Below are positions 25,801-64,000 of a stretch of 64,000 nucleotides of DNA, one piece after another (positions within the stretch are counted from its first letter, which is position 1; every line of letters starts with the position of its first letter). Source of the stretch: the human T2T-CHM13v2.0 reference genome, Homo sapiens; NCBI RefSeq assembly GCF_009914755.1, contig NC_060937.1, one strand, 5' to 3'. Position numbers and translations under genes: made by a program. The notes below the pieces were generated by a model, which was not told where the DNA came from, did no database searches, and saw nothing but the letters and a program-made list of their open reading frames with translations.

Positions 25801-28800
25801 GACGCCTGCTGTGTTCTCTGGACTCCCGTTGAGATCCCATTCTGGTCCCCTCCGAGTGACATAGGATGGGCTCACCACATCTGCTCAGGCCGGCAGGGCC
25901 TCGCTGCAGCACACAATGACCCCATAGGTCTCAAGGCCTAGTGTCAGAGCAAACTCACTCATCCATCAGCCCTCTGCCTCCCTCCTCCTTTGAAAGTGCA
26001 TTGGCCTGCCCCGCTTGTAAAAGCCCAGGGGTTCCGGAAAGCCGAACGCGCTTTACAGGACAACTGCAAAGAGGAACAGAGGCGAAATCCAGGGGGAGAC
26101 CATGTGACCACGCGTGGCACTGGCCAATCCCACAGCAGTTGGTGTTAATGTGTGTCACCGGAGGCATACGGGGCGACGGCGAAACGAAGGGTGGGGTCCA
26201 GGCATATGCCGGTGGAAGGGGGAAACGGGTGACATTTCCGTCAATGCCAAGGAAAAACAAACAACACCTGGGAACCGTGGGGTAGGGGGGCCTCCTGTGC
26301 CTGACCCTAGCCACGTTTTCAAATGCCTACCAGAGGAGCAAAGAGGTTTCTGCCAATTTCGCAACACCCCCAATCCTCCACCGACCTGGTAGCCCTGACG
26401 CAACATCGGCTGGTACAAACCCACAGAGAGTGGGAAAGAAACACACAGAGAGTGAGAGACAGAGAGAGAAGAGAGAATGGGAGACACACACACAGACACA
26501 CACGCACACACACGCAGAGTCATACAGCAGAGGCATTGAACCCTGAGAACCCTGAGGCAACCCCTGAGGATCCGGGGTTCTGCTCTGGAGGAGAACGACC
26601 CTCGGGTGAGAGAGCAGCCCAGGAGCACGCAGGCCGACCCGTCCTCGAGATCAATGACCGCGGCGCGACTTTTGGCGAGACTCACCCCAACCAACACCGT
26701 CCGTGCAGGCCTGAGGCTGGGATCCCGTGCTGCTTCCCCCGTCTCCGCCTGGGGTTTCATCTTCATAGTCGGCCCTTTGCGACTGCTGGCATCAGGAGAG
26801 TTTCCCTTCGAGCCCGTGGAGAGGTGAGACCGGAGCCTCAGAGCCTCGATACCCAAGCACTGCCACGGAGGGCTCCTGCTCTGCAAAGCCTCGGGGACTG
26901 GTTTCTAAGACAACCGTGGGAACCACTGTGACCGGAGAAACCGCTGGGGCCTCGCGCATGCGCATTGGCTGAGCCGACTCACGCTCCACTCCTGACAGAT
27001 AGGCTGCGTCCCCTTTAAATATCGCCACCGCCGCGCGGCGGCCGCGATGCTCCTGCTGCCGCCGCGGCGGCGGCTGTGTCCTGGGTCCTGTTTGGGGCGG
27101 CATGGGAGAGGGGACGGCGGGTGTCTCGTCCTGTCCCAGGCCCAAACCCCCAGGGCTCCTTTCCTCAGGACCTGCTTGAGCCGACTTCCACCAAGGGAGG
27201 GGGAGCTTCAGGACGCCTGCTGTGTTCTCTGGACTCCTGTTGAGATCCCATTCTGGCCCCCTCCGCGTGACATAGGATGGGCTCACCACATCTGCTCACG
27301 CCGGCAGGGCCTCGCTGCAGCACACAATGACCCCATAGGTCTCAAGGCCTAGTGTCAGAGCAAATTCACCGATCCATCAGCCCTCTGCCTCCCTCCTCCT
27401 TTGAAAGAGCAGTGGCCTGCCCGGCTTGTAAAAGCCCAGGGGTTCCGGAAAGCTGAACGCGCTTTACAGGACAACTGCAAAGAGGAACAGAGGCGAAACC
27501 CAGGGGGAGACCATGTGACCACGCGTGGCCCTGGCCAATCCCACAGCAGTTGGTGTTAATGTGTGTCACCGGAGGCATACGGGGCGACGGCGAAACGAAG
27601 GGTGGGGTCCAGGCATATGCCGGTGGAAGGGGGAAACGGGTGACATTTCCGTCAACGCCAAGGAAAATCAAACAACACCTGGGAACCGTGGGGTAGGGGG
27701 GCCTCCTGTGCCTGACCCAAGCCACGTTTTCAAATGCCTACCAGAGGAGCAAAGAGGTTTCTGCCAATTTCGCAACACCCCCAATCCTCCACCGACCTGG
27801 TAGCCCTGAAGCAACTTCGGCTGGTACAAACCCAAAGAGAGTGGGAAAGAAACACACAGAGAGTGAGAGACAGAGAGAGAAGAGAGAATGGGAGACACAC
27901 ACACAGACACAAACGCACACACACGCAGAGTCATACAGCAGAGGCATTGAAACACACACTCCCAGGCAACCCCTGAGGATCCGGGGTTCTGCTCTGGAGG
28001 AGAACGACCCTCGGGTGAGAGAGCAGCCCAGGAGCACGCAGGCCGACCCGTCCTCGAGATCACTGACCGCGGCGCGACGTTTGGCGACACTCACCCCAAC
28101 CAACACCGTCCGTGCAGGCCTGAGGCTGGGATCCCGTGCTGCTTCCCCCGTCTCCACCTGGGGTTTCATCTTCATAGTCGGCCCTTTGCGACTGCTGGCA
28201 TCAGGAGAGTTTCCCTTCGAGCCCTTGGAGAGGTGAGACCGGAGCCTCAGAGCCTCGATACCCAAGCACTGCCACGGAGGGCTCCTGCTCTGCAAAGCCT
28301 CGGGGACTGGTTTCTAAGACAACCGTGGGAACCACTGTGACGGGAGAAACCGCTGGGGCCTCGCGCATGCGCATTGGCTGAGCCGACTCACGCTCCACTC
28401 CTGAGAGATAGGCTGCGTCCCCTTTAAATATCGCCACCGCCGCGCGGCGGCCGCGATGCTCCTGCTGCCGCCGCGGCGGCGGCTGTGTCCTGGGTCCTGT
28501 TTGGGGCGGCATGGGAGAGTGGACCGCGGGTGTCTCGTCCTGTCCCAGGCCCAAACCCCCAGGGCTCCTGTCCTCAGGACCTGCTTGAGCCGACTTCCAC
28601 CAAGGGAGGGGGAGCTTCAGGACGCCTGCTGTGTTCTCTGGACTCCTGTTCAGATCCCATTCTGGCCCCCTCCGTGTGACATAGGATGGGCTCACCACAT
28701 GTGGTCAGGCCGGCAGGGCCTCGCTGCAGCACACAATGACCCCATAGGTCTCAAGGCCTAGTGTCAGAGCAAACTCACTCATCCATCAGCCCTCTGCCTC

Positions 28801-29149
28801 CCTCCTCCTTTGAAAGTGGATTGGCCTGCCCCGCTTGTAAAAGCCCAGGGGTTCCGGAAAGCCGAACGCGCTTTACAGGACAACTGCAAAGAGGAACAGA
28901 GGCGAAACACAGGGGGAGACCATGTGACCACGCGTGGCACTGGCCAATCCCACAGCAGTTGGTGTTAATGTGTGTCACCGGAGGCATACGGGGCGACGGC
29001 GAAACGAAGGGTGGGATCCAGGCATATGCCGGTGGAAGGGGGAAACGGGTGACATTTCCGTCAACGCCAAGGAAAAACAAACAACACCTGGGAACCGTGG
29101 GGTAGGGGGGCCTCCTGTGCCTGACCCAAGCCACGTTTTCAAATGCCTA

Positions 29150-29722
<573 letters not shown>

Positions 29723-32700
29723 CTAAGACAACCGTGGGAACCACTGTGACCGGAGAAACCGCTGGGGCCTCGCGCATGCGCATTGGCTGAGCCGACTCAC
29801 GCTCCACTCCTGACAGATAGGCTGCGTCCCCTTTAAATATCGCCACCGCCGCGCGGCGGCCGCGATGCTCCTGCTGCCGCCGCGGCGGCGGCTGTGTCCT
29901 GGGTCCTGTTTGGGGCAGCATGGGAAAGGGGACCGCGGGTGTCTCGTCCTGTTCCAGGCCCAAACCCCCAGGGCTCCTGTCCTCAGGACCTGCTTGAGCC
30001 GACTTCCACCAAGGGAGGGGGAGCTTCAGGACGCCTGCTGTGTTCTCTGGACTCCCGTTGAGATCCCGTTCTGGCCCCCTCCGCGTGACATAGGATGGGC
30101 TCACCACATGTGGTCAGGCCGGCAGGGCCTCGCTGCAGCACACAATGACCCCATAGGTCTCAAGGCCTAGTGTCAGAGCAAATTCACCGATCCATCAGCC
30201 CTCTGCCTCCCTCCTCCTTTGAAAGAGCAGTGGCCTGCCCGGCTTGTAAAAGCCCAGGGGTTCCGGAAAGCCGAACGCGCTTTACAGGACAACTGCAAAG
30301 AGGAACAGAGGCGAAACACAGGGGGAGACCATGTGACCACGCGTGGCACTGGCCAATCCCACAGCAGTTGGTGTTAATGTGTGTCACCGGAGGCATACGG
30401 GGCGACGGCGAAACGAAGGGTGGGGTCCAGGCATATGCCGGTGGAAGGGGGAAACGGGTGACATTTCCGTCAACGCCAAGGAAAAACAAACAACACCTGG
30501 GAACCGTGGGGTAGGGGGGCCTCCTGTGCCTGACCCAAGCCACGTTTTCAAATGCCTACCAGAGGAGCAAAGAGGTTTCTGCCAATTTCGCAACACCCCC
30601 AATCCTCCACCGACCTGGTAGCCCTGAAGCAACTTCGGCTGGTACAAACCCACAGAGAGTGGGAAAGAAACACACAGAGAGTGAGAGACAGAGAGAGAAG
30701 AGAGAATGGGAGACACACACACAGACACACACGCACACACACGCAGAGTCATACAGCATAGGCATTGAAACACACACTGCCAGGCAACCCCTGAGGATCC
30801 GGGGTTCTGCTCTGGAGGAGAACGACCCTCGGGTGAGAGAGCAGCCCAGGAGCACGCAGGCCGACCCGTCCTCGAGATCACGGACAGCGGTAAGGCTTTT
30901 GGCGAGACTCACCCCAACCAACACCGTCTGTGCAGGCCTGAGGCTGGGATCCCGTGCTGCTTCCCCCGTCTCCGCCTGGGGTTTCATCATCATGGTCGGC
31001 CCTTTGCGACTGCTGTCATCAGGAGAGGTTCCCTTCGACCCCGTGGAGAGGTGAGGCCGGAGTCTCAGAGCCTCGATACACAAGCACTGCCACGGAGGGC
31101 TCCTGCTCTGCAAAGCCTCGGGGACTGGTTTCTAAGACAACCGTGGGAACCACTGTGACCGGAGAAACCGCTGGGGCCTCGCGCATGCGCATTGGCTGAG
31201 CCGACTCACGCTCCACTCCTGAGAGATAGGCTGCGTCCCCTTTAAATATCGCCACCGCCGCGCGGCGGCCGCGATGCTCCTGCTGCCGCCGCGGCGGCGG
31301 CTGTGTCCTGGGTCCTGTTTGGGGCGGCATGGGAGAGGGGACGGCGGGTGTCTCGTCCTGTCCCAGGCCCAAACCCCCAGGGCTCCTTTCCTCAGGACCT
31401 GCTTGAGCCGACTTCCACCAAGGGAGGGGGAGCTTCAGGACGCCTGCTGTGTTCTCTGGACTCCCGTTGAGATCCCATTCTGGCCCCCTCCGCGTGACAT
31501 AGGATGGGCTCACCACATCTGCTCACGCCGGCAGGGCCTCGCTGCAGCACACAATGACCCCATAGGTCTCAAGGCCTAGTGTCAGAGCAAATTCACCGAT
31601 CCATCAGCCCTCTGCCTCCCTCCTCCTTTGAAAGAGCAGTGGCCTGCCCGGCTTGTAAAAGCCCAGGGGTTCCGGAAAGCTGAACGCGCTTTACAGGACA
31701 ACTGCAAAGAGTAACAGAGGCGAAACCCAGGGGGAGACCATGTGACCACGCGTGGCCCTGGCCAATCCCACAGCAGTTGGTGTTAATGTGTGTCACCGGA
31801 GGCATACGGGGCGACGGCGAAACGAAGGGTGGTGTCCAGGCATATGCCGGTGGAAGGGGGAAACGGGTGACATTTCCGTCAACGCCAAGGAAAATCAAAC
31901 AACACCTGGGAACCGTGGGGTAGGGGGGCCTCCTGTGCCTGACCCAAGCCACGTTTTCAAATGCCTACCAGAGGAGCAAAGAGGTTTCTGCCAATTTCGC
32001 AACACCCCCAATCCTCCACCGACCTCGTAGCCCTGAAGCAACTTCGGCTGGTACAAACCCACAGAGAGTGGGAAAGAAACACACAGAGAGTGAGAGAGAG
32101 AGAGAGAAGAGAGAATGGGAGACACACACACAGACACACACGCACACACACGCAGAGTCATACAGCAGAGGCATTGAACCCTGAGAACCCTGAGGCAACC
32201 CCTGTGGATCCGGGGTTCTGCTCTGGAGGAGAACGACCCTCGGGTGAGAGAGCAGCCCAGGAGCACGCAGGCCGACCCGTCCTCGAGATCACGGACAGCG
32301 GTAAGGCTTTTGGTGATACTCACCCCAACCAACACCGTCCGTGCAGGCCTGAGGCTGGGATCCCGTGCTGCTTCCCCGTCTCCGCCTGGGGTTTCATCAT
32401 CATGGTCGGCCCTTTGCGACTGCTGTCATCAGGAGAGGTTCCTTTCGACCCCGTGGAGAGGTGAGGCCGGAGCCTCAGAGCCCCGGTACCCAAGCACTGC
32501 CACGGAGGGCTCCTGCTCTGCCAAGCCTCGGGGACTGGTTTCTAAGACAACCGTGGGAACCACTGTGACTGGAGAAACCGCTGGGGCCTCGCGCATGCGC
32601 ATTGGCTGAGCCGACTCACGCTCCACTCCTGACAGATAGGCTGCGTCCCCTTTAAATATCGCCACCGCCGCGCGGCGGCCGCGATGCTCCTGCTGCCGCA

Positions 32701-33469
32701 GCGGCGGCGGCTGTGTCCTGGGTCCTGTTTGGGGCGGCATGGGAGAGTGGACCGCGGGTGTCTCGTCCTGTCCCAGGCCCAAACCCCCAGGGCTCCTGTC
32801 CTCAGGACCTGCTTGAGCCGACTTCCACCAAGGGAGGGGGAGCTTCAGGACGCCTGCTGTGTTCTCTGGACTCCCGTTGAGATCCCATTCTGGTCCCCTC
32901 CGAGTGACATAGGATGGGCTCACCACATCTGCTCAGGCCGGCAGGGCCTCGCTGCAGCACACAATGACCCCATACGTCTCAAGGCCTAGTGTCAGAGCAA
33001 ACTCACTCATCCATCAGCCCTCTGCCTCCCTCCTCCTTTGAAAGTGCATTGGCCTGCCCCGCTTGTAAAAGCCCAGGGGTTCCGGAAAGCCGAACGCGCT
33101 TTACAGGACAACTGCAAAGAGGAACAGAGGCGAAATCCAGGGGGAGACCATGTGACCACGCGTGGCACTGGCCAATCCCACAGCAGTTGGTGTTAATGTG
33201 TGTCACCGGAGGCATACGGGGCGACGGCGAAACGAAGGGTGGGGTCCAGGCATATGCCGGTGGAAGGGGGAAACGGGTGACATTTCCGTCAATGCCAAGG
33301 AAAAACAAACAACACCTGGGAACCGTGGGGTAGGGGGGCCTCCTGTGCCTGACCCAAGCCACGTTTTCAAATGCCTACCAGAGGAGCAAAGAGGTTTCTG
33401 CCAATTTCGCAACACCCCCAATCCTCCACCGACCTGGTAGCCCTGACGCAACATCGGCTGGTACAAACC

Positions 33470-64000
<30,531 letters not shown>

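Overview
The whole window is one uninterrupted, head-to-tail macrosatellite array: 45 complete monomers of 1405-1411 bp plus a 585-bp partial copy. Each monomer is GC/CpG-rich and carries one NotI site and a compound (GA)n/(CA)n tract. I recognise this as primate (most likely human) SST1, also called NBL2 or MER22, of the ~1.4-kb type found on acrocentric short arms (chr13/14/21). This assignment is from recall, not a database search. There are no credible protein-coding genes, and the ORF track only mirrors the repeat. The informative signal is in the variation between monomers. A 6-monomer higher-order repeat (HOR) with a 4-mer variant occupies the left ~21 kb, a mosaic zone with a near-identical triplication lies in the middle, and irregular 3/4/5-mer blocks fill the right. 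Chimeric monomers and short conversion-like patches are visible. Each monomer has a promoter-like module (NRF1, CCAAT, TATA-like, CpG palindromes) and a PRDM9-type 13-mer, both gained or lost in specific monomer classes. I do not see a wholly new gene system. Monomer classes (A-L) were assigned by eye and need alignment to confirm.
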